Source of the DNA: Saprolegnia diclina VS20
Taxonomy: Eukaryota
Direction of reading: 5' to 3'
Assembly: GCF_000281045.1 (NCBI RefSeq)
Contig: NW_008246097.1
Span: 172,530 to 236,529 of the forward strand
Length of the DNA stretch: 64,000 nucleotides
Below, piece after piece: positions 34,526-45,063 of the stretch (positions within the stretch are counted from its first letter, which is position 1; every line of letters begins with the position of its first letter). Under the pieces are notes generated by a model. That model was not told where the DNA came from, did not search any database, and saw nothing but the letters and a program-made list of their open reading frames with translations. Made by a program: the position numbers and the translations under genes.

Positions 34526-36700
34526 ATGTCTGCGCTCGCAACACCAGCGCCGGCGCTGGACGACGTCTTCTACCATGACTACCGCAAGGTCCAAGTCGTC
34601 AACGTCTTTGGCTATGGCCTGCTCTTGACCACGTCGCTCGCGATCATTGTGTACCTTCGACGTACGCGGTCCACAGCGTACCTCGGCGACATGGAGGCCG
34701 CCAAGAAGGTCCTCCTCCCAGCCTTTGAGCCGCTCTTGTGGATTCTCGCGGCCGTTGCGGGCGGGTACTGTAGCTTCTACCTCGGCGCGGCGGTCGCCGA
34801 ATACTCGGGTCCGCTCTCATCGCCCGTGTACACGGAGGTGCTCTACATGCCGCGTCAGTTCAACAGCTACCTCGTTGTCGTGTACCTTAGCCAGCCGAGC
34901 TTGTCGCTGCCGTCCTTGCACCGTGCGCTCGCGATAGCGGTCGTCTTGGCGGCCGGCGCGCCGCTCATTGCACTCCTCACGGTCGCGATTGATACCGACT
35001 TGCAGGTCCGGTACACGCTCCTCACAATCTACCGGTCGATCATGGTGCTCGGGTTCCTCTACCGCTTTGTCTGGCCCGGCTCGCGCGCGAATCGCCGCGC
35101 GTGGCGCATCTTCCTCGGCTTTGTGCTCGTCTACTATGTGAGCTTCTTCTCGCAGACGTACATGTTCTTCAAGGACCTCTCGACCGAAGGCACGTTCTTC
35201 CTCTTCACGACGTCGTTTTGGTACGTCCTGGCGCCGTTTGCGATCTGGCAGCTCCTCAAGGCCGACACGGAGCACTGGCGCGGCGTCGGGCGCCAAGCCA
35301 TTTTGCAAAACCCCGACACAAAGGTCCACGAAGTGGTGTCGGCCCAAGGTCTCCACGTCCTTCTTGAAGTCCACCAGCGTGATGTCATTGACTTTGCCCA
35401 TCTCAAGATCGACGACAAGATCGGCGTTGGCGCCACGTCCGATGTCTACAAGGGCCTGCTCCGCTCCTCGACGCGCGTCGCCGTCAAGGTCTACACGCCC
35501 AACGAGATCTCGGAGGCGACGATCACCGAGTTTTCCCAAGAAACCGCGCTTTGCGCCGCGCTCAAGCACCCGAACATCGTGGCCTTCTATGGCATGTGCG
35601 TCGCGCCGCCGGCGATTTGCCTCGTCTCGGAGCTCTGCGAGTGCTCGCTCGATGCGCTCTTGACGCAGCCCCGGCCAGCGTACACGGACCCGCTGCTCGC
35701 CCAAATCGTGCTCATGCTGGACGCGGCCCGCGCGGTCGCGTACCTCCACAGCTTCTCGCCGCCGTTCTTGCATCGGGATCTCAAGCCGGCCAACTTTTTG
35801 CTGGACGTCAACCACGTGCTCAAGCTCACCGACTTTGGCGAGTCGCGCAGTCTCTCGAACCGCGCCATGACGATCAAGGGCACGATCGAGTACATGGCGC
35901 CAGAGGTCATCGAAGGCAAGCAAGGCGTCGCGACGTACACGCACGTCGCCGACGTCTACTCGCTCGCGATCACGCTCTGGGACATTTTGCACCCGGGCCG
36001 TGAAAAGTACCCGGTCGGCCGCCAGAACCCGCTCAAAATCTTTGAAATGGTACTCGACGGCCAGCGCCCGCCGCTCGACCACGAGCTGCACCCGCTTCTG
36101 CGGGACGTGCTGGAGAGCGCGTGGTGCTCGCAGCCCGAGTACCGCCCGTCAGCCATGGCGATCGTCCAAGCTCTCGAACAAGTCCAAGAAGAGCTCTGCG
36201 GCATTCTGGCGCAGAACCTCCTCCGCGTCATCAAGTGCCTCGGGCCGCACTTGGCGGCGACCGGCAATGAGCTCACGCACTGCTTGATCCAGAACGAGTA
36301 TGCGTTCACGGTGGCTGAGGCGACGCGGCTCGGGAACGCGCTCATGGACGCGGGTCTCCTGCACCACGAGACGCACGAGCGGGCATTTGAAGACTCGGCA
36401 ACGATCACGTACTTCTTCCATGAGCAAGCGATTGAGCTCAGCCAGCCATGCGTGCTGCTCTCCAAGGACAACAAGTCGAACGACGGAGGCGACAGCAGCC
36501 ACAACGTCGACCTCCTTGAAGCTGGGTGCCGCTGCCGCCAGCACGCGCAAGGGCACGTGCCGCAGGCAAAAACCAAGTGGTATCAACGCCCGCGGAAAGA
36601 GCGCCCCAAGGTGAACGCGCTCACTGTGCACTTGCTCAACGACCTCGCCGAAGAAGACTCGCTGCACAAGGTCTCGGACACTACGTCGCTTTCCGGCTAG
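34526..36700 (+). CDS. 7TM (GPCR-like)-TKL kinase-DEP protein, copy 2, intronless
   Basis: Same architecture; canonical VAVK, HRDLKPANF, DFG, GTIEYMAPE; DEP ATRLGNALMDAGLLHH..FED. Confidence 0.9.
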   Translation: MSALATPAPALDDVFYHDYRKVQVVNVFGYGLLLTTSLAIIVYLRRTRSTAYLGDMEAAKKVLLPAFEPLLWILAAVAGGYCSFYLGAAVAEYSGPLSSPVYTEVLYMPRQFNSYLVVVYLSQPSLSLPSLHRALAIAVVLAAGAPLIALLTVAIDTDLQVRYTLLTIYRSIMVLGFLYRFVWPGSRANRRAWRIFLGFVLVYYVSFFSQTYMFFKDLSTEGTFFLFTTSFWYVLAPFAIWQLLKADTEHWRGVGRQAILQNPDTKVHEVVSAQGLHVLLEVHQRDVIDFAHLKIDDKIGVGATSDVYKGLLRSSTRVAVKVYTPNEISEATITEFSQETALCAALKHPNIVAFYGMCVAPPAICLVSELCECSLDALLTQPRPAYTDPLLAQIVLMLDAARAVAYLHSFSPPFLHRDLKPANFLLDVNHVLKLTDFGESRSLSNRAMTIKGTIEYMAPEVIEGKQGVATYTHVADVYSLAITLWDILHPGREKYPVGRQNPLKIFEMVLDGQRPPLDHELHPLLRDVLESAWCSQPEYRPSAMAIVQALEQVQEELCGILAQNLLRVIKCLGPHLAATGNELTHCLIQNEYAFTVAEATRLGNALMDAGLLHHETHERAFEDSATITYFFHEQAIELSQPCVLLSKDNKSNDGGDSSHNVDLLEAGCRCRQHAQGHVPQAKTKWYQRPRKERPKVNALTVHLLNDLAEEDSLHKVSDTTSLSG

Positions 36701-37056
36701 TAGGCTGTCGGCGAGCTCACTTCGACTCATCGTATTCGTGTAGTCTCTAATCATGTATCTTCTTTTGTCTACTTCAATACTTGAATGAGTGTCGAGCTGC
36801 CGCGTCGACTACCTAACCCTAAACCTAACCCACAGACGGGAGTTCCGAGGCTCGTTTTGGCACAGGAGGACCCGTACGTGGAGGGGACTAGAACGCGATC
36901 GATGGTTATCTCTGACTGTATGGGCGACATTGCGCCAGCGTGAGTCACGTTGGCTCTTGGCCTGAGAACGTAGTTACTAGATCTGCACACGAGGCCAGGT
37001 CGTTCGTCATTCCGTAAGTTAATAAATGGGTTTACATACAGGGGTCCCATAGTGTT

Positions 37057-39279
37057 TCACGCGTCGTCGAGGAGTGCGAGGACGATACTGTCAGTCGAGA
37101 GCCGGTCATTGTCTTGCATCGGTAGCATCGGCACCTTGCTCTTCCGTGGGCGCGGTGGTGCTGGCGTCGGACGCTGCTGTGTCGTCGATGGCCGACGAGA
37201 CCGCCGAACACCAAAGCCTTGGGCATAACTGCGGCACGCGCAGGTCGCGGTGGTGGTCGCCACGGGGGCGCGGGGCGCGGCGCCCTGCACCGACAACTCG
37301 TCTTCGCCAATGCAGTCGAGCGGCGAGCCCGCGGTCTCAAACATGTAGAGTTCGTCGGGCCGGCCTTCAAAACCGCGGTGGTGGGTGATATGATGGAGGT
37401 ACCCCGCGTCCATGAGCATATGCCCGATGCGAAGTGCGGCCTGGGGACTGCGCGCGTACTCGAGCTCGCAGAGGCCGTCGACGAGTGCGTCCCCCGGGAT
37501 GCCCACTGCCAGCTTGGGGCGCGGCGCCCCGTGGAAGCGCAGCAGCTCGCAGCGTGGCGACCGGTACATGTCGCCGGCCACCGAGCACAGCAGCGTCACT
37601 TGCAGCGCCTCGAGGTCGCGGACGATGGCGGCGGCCGACGGGCGAAAGTGGGGCTCGTCGCCCCACGCACTCGTAATGATTTCTTGCAGCGCAATATGCA
37701 CCTCGTGGTGCATCGACGGTCGGTGGCCGTCGAGGACCATTTCAAAGACGCGAAACGTGTTGCCGTACCCGTTCGGGTACTTGTCGCGGCCCGGGTGCAG
37801 AATGTCCCAGAGCGTCATGCTGAGGCTGTAGACGTCGGCGGCTTCGCAGTAGATCGCCGCGCCCTTTGCGCCGCCAATGATCTCTGGTGCCATGTACTCG
37901 ACCGTGCCCTGCATCGACATGAGCACGTCGCCCGGGTGGGCGATGGGCGTGGCCGCGCCCCGGGGCGCGAGACGCCGCGCCGCCGAAAAGTCGGTGAGCT
38001 TGAGTACGTGCTGGTCATCGAGGAGAAAGCTAAAGGGGCGTATGTCCCGGTGCAAGAAGGGCGGCGAGAAGCTGTGGAGGTAAGCCACTGCGCGGGCCGC
38101 GTCGAGCATGAGACCGAGCTGGTCGAGCACCGGGGCGCGCGTCGTCGGTGGCGGCTCGGCGAGGTACGCCTCGAGCGAGCACTCGCAGAGCTCTGTGACG
38201 AGACACACCATGGGCGGGGAGATGCACATGCCGTAGAATGTCACCACATTGGGGTGGGCAAACATCGCACAGCGCGCTGTCTCGTGCGAGAAGACGGCGA
38301 GCGTCGCCTCGGTGATCTCGGACGGCGCGTAGACCTTGACGGCCACCGCGTACCGACCGTGGAGAGCGCCACGGTAGATCTGCGCAGTAGCGCAAACACC
38401 AATTTTGACTTCGAGCTTGAGATGGGCAAAGTCGATGACGCAGTCGCGGTGGCGGTCGAGGAGGTCATGCAAGCCTTTCGTCGAGACGGCTTCGTCCATC
38501 ACGGGCGTCTCGGTCGCGCTCGCGAGGCCGCGCCAGTACTGCGTGTCGGCCTTGAGCAGCCGCCAGATCCAGATCGGCGTCACACTTGCATACAGGGCTG
38601 TCACAAAGACGGTTTGGTTGGTGGGCTTGACTTGCTCGTGGAAGGCGAGCGTCATGACGGCGAGGACGAGCGCATGGAAGCCGAGGATGTAGGCACAGAA
38701 TAATCGGATGATGCGCGGGTTCGCTCGGGACATGGGCCACCGAAGGAGGTAGAGATAGTAGAGCATGACGCCGACGCGCACGACCACAAGACTGTAGTAG
38801 CACGACGGCGACGTGATGGCTGGCAGCTCGACGGGCTCGAAATGCGCAAAGACGGCGGCCACGACGACCGGTATGACGGCGAGCACAAGGCTCAGCAACG
38901 TCGAGCGCCATAGCGCGCGCGCCGACACGTTTGTCTGGTGCAAGAAGATGGTCACAACGTATACGATGCACTGCCGGCCTTGCAGGAGCGCCTCGGGCAG
39001 CACGCGGGAGCGCGGCGCGACAGCCTCGGACCGCCAGAGAAGGTAGACCAAGAAGAGCGCAAACGGCGCCGTGAGGCCGCAGAGGACCCAAAAGAGCGGC
39101 TCGAACGCTGGCAAGAGCACCTTGCGCGTGGCGTCGACGTCGCCGGCGTAGGCCGACGACCGGTGCCGGCGAAGGTGCGCGATGCAAGCGACCGAGAGGC
39201 CGAGCGTGATGCCGTAGCCCGCCGAGTAGGCGAGCTGCGTCGTGCGCGCGTGCGCCAAGACGTACGTGGTCGCGTTCAT
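37057..39279 (-). CDS. 7TM (GPCR-like)-TKL kinase-DEP protein, copy 3 (degenerate catalytic motifs), intronless
   Basis: Same architecture but HRDIRPFSF and DFS; DEP ALRIGHMLMDAGYLHH. Start taken at MNATTY. Confidence 0.87.
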   Translation of the reverse strand: MNATTYVLAHARTTQLAYSAGYGITLGLSVACIAHLRRHRSSAYAGDVDATRKVLLPAFEPLFWVLCGLTAPFALFLVYLLWRSEAVAPRSRVLPEALLQGRQCIVYVVTIFLHQTNVSARALWRSTLLSLVLAVIPVVVAAVFAHFEPVELPAITSPSCYYSLVVVRVGVMLYYLYLLRWPMSRANPRIIRLFCAYILGFHALVLAVMTLAFHEQVKPTNQTVFVTALYASVTPIWIWRLLKADTQYWRGLASATETPVMDEAVSTKGLHDLLDRHRDCVIDFAHLKLEVKIGVCATAQIYRGALHGRYAVAVKVYAPSEITEATLAVFSHETARCAMFAHPNVVTFYGMCISPPMVCLVTELCECSLEAYLAEPPPTTRAPVLDQLGLMLDAARAVAYLHSFSPPFLHRDIRPFSFLLDDQHVLKLTDFSAARRLAPRGAATPIAHPGDVLMSMQGTVEYMAPEIIGGAKGAAIYCEAADVYSLSMTLWDILHPGRDKYPNGYGNTFRVFEMVLDGHRPSMHHEVHIALQEIITSAWGDEPHFRPSAAAIVRDLEALQVTLLCSVAGDMYRSPRCELLRFHGAPRPKLAVGIPGDALVDGLCELEYARSPQAALRIGHMLMDAGYLHHITHHRGFEGRPDELYMFETAGSPLDCIGEDELSVQGAAPRAPVATTTATCACRSYAQGFGVRRSRRPSTTQQRPTPAPPRPRKSKVPMLPMQDNDRLSTDSIVLALLDDA

Positions 39280-40237
39280 CTCATGCGTCGTCGTCGTTTG
39301 CTCGGCCGTTGGGAGAAAGGCCAGAAAAGGCCAGTTGTTGATAGGCACCACTTGCCAGATCTCAGACGGTCGCGGATCCAGCCGTGCTTGGAGCCGTTGG
39401 ATAATGACTCGAGGAGCATCGACTCGAGATGGCGGCGGCAAGGCAAGAGCTGCTGTTCGAGCTGCTATTCGTTATAGCTGGTTGTGCTCATCGCAGCTCG
39501 CAGCTAGTAGCAGTGCTACTGTGTGGCAATGTAGGACCGTAACACGGAAGCCACAAAGCAGGTGGTACGACAGCAGCGACCTTGATCAGTTGCACTGATC
39601 GTAGCTAATAGCTCTGATATAGACCAGCCTTGCGCCAACGTTGCAACTTTGCACGAGCAGAGACGTCGGAACGAGCGCCCTTGCTCGGTTCTTTGACAAG
39701 CGCTGGTCCGTTGGCTGAGGCTGCGTACGATGGCGTTGGCATCTCGAGCGATGACAAGGCGCGGTCTTCTACGACCAGCGCAGCGGCTACATGGTGTGCA
39801 ATGGTCATCGGCGATGGGCGCGTCGACGAGGCCGAGGAGAAGACGTCGCGTTCTCGACTGCAAGTCAAAATATCCTACGTGTAAGGGTACCTACATTCAT
39901 TGCTTGTCGTCTTGATACAGATACAGTAGTCATGTAAGCTAGTGTTGGTAGCGCAAGGACGATATCTTGGGGGTGAGATTCGCCCGTGATGTTATCCACA
40001 GGGCGGACGCCACAAATTCGAATAAAATGCGTTTTGCTAGCCATATCAATATTTTCAGAGAGATAGATGACTTCAAAAACGCAATTGTACTGAACAGGAC
40101 CCATAAACTGAGGTTGAAGTTGATGCGCCTCGTCTGGAAGCTGCCGCCCAGAACTTTATGCTTCATGAGTCACGAATTGCAGCTCTTCTACTGCACTCAA
40201 GATAGCTGCCCAGTTTCGATTTTCCTCCAGTTGCTCC

Positions 40238-42613
40238 ATGGTGTGGGCCAACAGCTCAGGACCTGGCTTTCGGCCCTACGACGGCGCCCCCCGCGGCGAT
40301 GGCCGCCACGGTGACCGCCATGGCAACTATACTGGCAGCAGGTGGGGGCCCCCGGGCCAGGGTCCCCGGCCATGCAACAGGTCTGCGCCCACATACTTTG
40401 CCGCCAAATTTCGCAACTTCCAGACGATCAATGCCGTCGGGTACGCGATGACGCTTCTCATCGCTGTCGGCCTCGTGCTCTACCTCCGGCGGCACCGGTC
40501 GTCAGCGTACAATGGCAACGCGGCCGCGGCGCGCAAGGTGCTTTTACCGTCGTTTGAGCCGCTCTTGTGGGCCGTGATGGCCATCTCGGGGCTCTACTGC
40601 CTCTACTTTGTCTTTGCCGCCGCGACCGACGATATGTTTGCCGTGCACTCGCCCATCTTTATGCAGGCGCTGCTCCAAGGCCGGCAGTGCCTCTTCTACC
40701 TCATCGTCGCCTTTCTGCACCAAGCCAGCGTCTCGCGCCGGGCCCTCTGGCACGCGCTGCTGGTGGCACTCGCGCTGGCGCTCCTCCCGATCCTCCTCTT
40801 TCTTGTCATACCCGATTCGAACCGCGAGGCGCTTCCGATTGTCGAAGCCACGTACCTCGGCGTGATGCTACTCGGCTGTCTCAAGTTGCTCGTTTGGCCG
40901 CCAGCGCGCGCGAGTCGGAGCGCATGGCGGCAGTTTGCGCTCTTTGCGATCGTTTATTACGCCACGTCCACCGCGCACCTCTGGCTCTTCGCGGCCGGCG
41001 GGTGGCAAGTCGGCACGACCATGATCTTCTTCAGCACGATCTGGGCTGCGATGCTGCCGTACTTTATCTGGCGCCTCCTCCAAGCCGACACCAACTACTG
41101 GCGCGGCCTCGGACAGCACGCGGCCATTGCGCCGTCGCCGGGCGGTATCCACGAGATCGTCTCGGCGCAAGGTCTGCACGTGCTCCTTGAAGTCCACCAG
41201 CACGACGTGATCGACTTTGCGCATCTCGAGCTCCAAGCAAAAATCGGTGTCGGGGCGACCGCCACCGTGTACAGCGGCCTCCTCCACTCCAAGCAACCGG
41301 TCGCTATCAAGGTCTACACGCCGCATGAGATCTCGGAAGCGACGATCGCCGAGTTTTCCCAAGAAACCGCGCTCTGCGCAGTGCTCAAGCACCCGAACAT
41401 CGTCGCCTTCTACGGTATGTGCGTCTCACCACCGACCATCTGCCTCGTCTCGGAGCTCTGCGAGTGCTCGCTCGATGCGCTGCTGACAGGCCCGCAGACC
41501 GAGCTCGCCGAGCCGCTCTGGCCGCGGCTCTGCTACCTTCTCGACGCCGCCCGCGCTGTCGCCTACCTCCATAGCTTTCGACCGCCGTTCGTGCACCGGG
41601 ACCTCAAGCCGAGCAACTTTTTGCTGGACGTCAACCATGTGCTCAAGCTCACCGACTTCGGCGCGTCTCGCAGCATGGCCGCCCGTCCCAACGATGGTGC
41701 TGACGACACTGGCTGCGTTGACTTTGACGATGACGGAATGGGCACGGAGCGCAGCATGACGGTGCGGGGCACCGCCGACTACATGGCGCCCGAGGTCATT
41801 GACGCGCACCAGGGCCGCGCCAGCTACAGCGAAGCCGCCGACATTTACAGTCTCGGCATCACGTTCTGGGACGTCCTGCACCCCGGACGTGAAAAGTATA
41901 GCAGTGTCGAGAGCCATTTGCAAGTCTTTAACGTCGTCCTCGACGGCGAACGCCCGCCACTGCACCCGACGCTGCACCCGCCGCTTCGGGACCTCCTCGA
42001 GGGCATGTGGGGCGTATCGCCCGAGTACCGTCCGACGGCCAACGCTGTGGTCGCGTCGCTCGAAAACATGCTGCGGGACACGCTGCCGGTCATCACCCAG
42101 CGCCTCCACCGGCTACTGCAGCACGCCGTGAGCCGAAAAGCCTCGTGGAGCCAAGTTGCGCCTGACGCCGTCCTTCTCGTCTCGGGCGAAGAGATCGCGT
42201 CCTGCCTCCTCGAGCACGGATACGCCACGGACGTTGGGCATGCAACGCGCCTCGGCAACAGCCTCCTCGACGCGGGCTTTGTGCACCATCTTCGCCACAC
42301 CAAGCATTTTGAAGCGTCGCCGGCGACCTACTACTTTGACGCGATTGAGATTGAGCTATGCTTGACGCCGGCTGTCGGGGCGATTGATGCGACATTGCCG
42401 ATGGACGACGATGCGCACATGGCCGTGCTCATCGAGAAGCCGCGGTGTATGTGTCGCAAGCTGGCGCAGGGCCACTTTGGGATGACGAAAGCGAACTTGT
42501 TTCGGCGCCGGCGTCACGCGCCACCGAACCACCATGCACTCACGGTGCATCTTCTCAACGAGGTCGGCGAGGAAGAAGCCGTCGTCGTCTCGCGCATTGG
42601 GCAGCGCACGTAG
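40238..42613 (+). CDS. 7TM (GPCR-like)-TKL kinase-DEP protein, copy 4, intronless
   Basis: Same architecture; HRDLKPSNF, DFG, GTADYMAPE; N-terminal extension with N-glycosylation sequons NSS, NYT and NRS. Confidence 0.9.
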   Translation: MVWANSSGPGFRPYDGAPRGDGRHGDRHGNYTGSRWGPPGQGPRPCNRSAPTYFAAKFRNFQTINAVGYAMTLLIAVGLVLYLRRHRSSAYNGNAAAARKVLLPSFEPLLWAVMAISGLYCLYFVFAAATDDMFAVHSPIFMQALLQGRQCLFYLIVAFLHQASVSRRALWHALLVALALALLPILLFLVIPDSNREALPIVEATYLGVMLLGCLKLLVWPPARASRSAWRQFALFAIVYYATSTAHLWLFAAGGWQVGTTMIFFSTIWAAMLPYFIWRLLQADTNYWRGLGQHAAIAPSPGGIHEIVSAQGLHVLLEVHQHDVIDFAHLELQAKIGVGATATVYSGLLHSKQPVAIKVYTPHEISEATIAEFSQETALCAVLKHPNIVAFYGMCVSPPTICLVSELCECSLDALLTGPQTELAEPLWPRLCYLLDAARAVAYLHSFRPPFVHRDLKPSNFLLDVNHVLKLTDFGASRSMAARPNDGADDTGCVDFDDDGMGTERSMTVRGTADYMAPEVIDAHQGRASYSEAADIYSLGITFWDVLHPGREKYSSVESHLQVFNVVLDGERPPLHPTLHPPLRDLLEGMWGVSPEYRPTANAVVASLENMLRDTLPVITQRLHRLLQHAVSRKASWSQVAPDAVLLVSGEEIASCLLEHGYATDVGHATRLGNSLLDAGFVHHLRHTKHFEASPATYYFDAIEIELCLTPAVGAIDATLPMDDDAHMAVLIEKPRCMCRKLAQGHFGMTKANLFRRRRHAPPNHHALTVHLLNEVGEEEAVVVSRIGQRT

Positions 42614-42704
42614 TGTATCGATACGGTATCTTTAAACATTATGACTCATATCAAAACGAGAAAGTGATAGCGTTGTACAGGAAAAGGGGTTCGGGTTCGT
42701 ACGA

Positions 42705-44843
42705 CTACTTGAGCTGGTAGTATTTGTTGGTCATCGGGTCGTGATAGCAATGCAAGATCGGGTCGTAGAGCAAGTCCATGCTGCTGGGCTCGGGCGCCGA
42801 CCAATCTGCCACGCACAGCGTGACCGAGTCGAATGTGTCCTCTACTACTGTAACTAATGTACCTGTCGACGCTAGAGACACATGAGTATCTAGGATGCAA
42901 ACGACTAGACGTACCGAGAAGCGACTTGAGCCGCGGGTCTTGGCGAGCACTCGACAACAACTGCTCCCTACGCCATTATCACGAGTGGAGAACGACGTGC
43001 CATTGCGTAGGAGTATACATGGACGATAGCATCGGCTCTGGAGGCGTCTTGGCGGGCGACGCGAAGCTCTTGTGGACCATTACTGGCAACGACTCTTCGA
43101 GCTCGTTGTCAAAGTCGAAACTGGTTTCTTCAGCAGCCGGAGCAAGCTCGTCCGTCCTATGTACGCGGTCAAGCGCTCACGTCATGCACACAGGAGTACA
43201 TGTCGAAGGAAACATCGCTGCCTGCGTCGTCGTCCTGTTCGATCCCGTCGTCGTCGTCGTGTCGTACTCTGTGGCAGTCGCTGGTTGCCCTGTCGGCCGC
43301 CTCGGGCATCTCGGGCATCTCGGGCACCTCCACTTTGCTCAATGGCACACTAGCAGGCTGGGGGACTGGCATCATCTCGTATTCGACGTCCATGGACGCA
43401 GGTGAAGAAGCCCCCTACACGAGGATGAGCCGACCAGCGACGGTGCAGGCAATGTACGAGCCGGCTCGATGCCGCCTCGAGCAGCGCCCTTGCACTCCAC
43501 GTGGCTGTCGGTTCAGAGCCGTTGTCAAGCACACTCGTAGCCCGAGATTCGTTTTGGTTGAGAGTCTCTTTTGTCATGGCTGTTCGCTCTTCGTGGTCGC
43601 TCTTCAACGGTGTGTCATGGGGCGGCGTCACCACCTCGTCGACACGCAACGGTTTGTCCATGGCAGTTTGCATGCGCGACGTGAGCCCTCGGCCAGCATC
43701 GTCGTCGTCGTCATCTTCCCACGAGGCAAACTTGGAGAGGGTTCCCGGAGGCTTGGGAGGCGGTGTCGTGTGCAGTGGAGGAATGCGAAGCGACGCAAAA
43801 TCAAAGATGGAGGGCGACGGTCGATATCCGCTCGTCGGCGCCGAGCTCCGAACCAAACTGCTCGAGTGGTCGACTGCCTCACTGCCGCGTCGATCCACGT
43901 GCGACGAGGTGGGTTCCCGACGCTCGGTCGTCTGTGGTGTTGGTGGTTTGAGAACACTCGGCTTCTTCCCACCATCAGCATTTTGCGTTGCACTTGGTCG
44001 CTTGGCCGCGCAGGCCGACGAGTGAGGTCGCGGTGCCGGCGTCGGCTTCTTGGTCTTTGGCGCCGTCTCGGGGCGGCTGGCCGCTGGCTTGGCGATGCGC
44101 GGGATCGCAAAGGTCTCCACCGCGCAGCCTAGGACTGCAAAGGCCCGCGGGATCTCGACGTAATGCTCGTCGTCTACAGAGACCACGTCAAGCAAAAAGG
44201 AATGGGAGGCAGCGACCCGAAGCGAAGGCGGCGGCGGCGCTCACGGGCGGGTCCTTCATCGTGAAGATGCGCCGCAGCTTCCACGAGCCGCAGAGGACGA
44301 TCGAGTCGAGGGTGCGCAGCGCTTGGCTCGGGAAGGCGGACGCGACGAGGCGCGCGACGTCAAAGGTCCAGTGCATCCATGTCTCCCGGCGCAGCTGCTG
44401 AAAAGGAATCTAATGCATCGCGTGATTGTAGTACGAGATGACGAGGTAGGTCTACCTGAGCATGCAGCTGGTGCACGGCGCAGTCTCGGAATGCGGTCGA
44501 GAGGAGCAGTCGGCGGCGGTTGCCCGCCACGTCCGTGACGCCGAGCTCGAGCGAGATGGCCTTGCCGCTCGGCAGCCACGCTTGCAGCACCACGTAGCGG
44601 TGCGTGAGGCCCACTACATTGTGCATCAAGCCTGGTGCAACATGCAGTGGGCAGTCTACATGGCTTGGTATCTTTGGGGAGCGAAAGCTTGGTGGCGGCC
44701 GCGGGACCGTCGAGCACAAAGAGGTAGGCCTTGGACGCCTTGTCAAACTCGCGCCGGACCTTGCCAAGCGTCTTCCACTGCGCTGCTGGGTCCTTCCCGC
44801 TCGCCGTGAGGAGCTCGATGCTGTCGCTGCCCTGAAAAAACAT
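42705..44843 (-). CDS. CFAP20DC: CFAP20 domain-containing protein (C3orf67-like), multi-exon
   Basis: N-terminal CFA20/DUF667 features (LELGVTDVAGNRRRLLLS, CGSWKLRRIFTMK), a long low-complexity middle, and C-terminal MDLLYDPILHCYHDPMTNKYYQLK. Confidence 0.82.
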
Positions 44844-45063
44844 TTTTCGGCGGCGTTTCAAGATGTGAAAAGGAAGGAATCCACAGCACAATTTGAGTTT
44901 GGCAGCTTTCTTTTCACAATGAATTGTGATTTTGTACAATTTACATTCATTTGGACCAAACAAATGCCCCACTTTACCGTTCCACGTGGCAGCGTCCTAT
45001 GCAAGCGAGCCACGCACAATGCACACGGTACGTAATATTTGTCGGTTACAACCCACGCAGTTC

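Noticed and set aside
19..42613. cNMP kinase, VSD-PDE and receptor kinases as one co-regulated gene cluster
   Set aside because: They are separated by many unrelated housekeeping genes, and proximity in a compact genome is not evidence of linkage.
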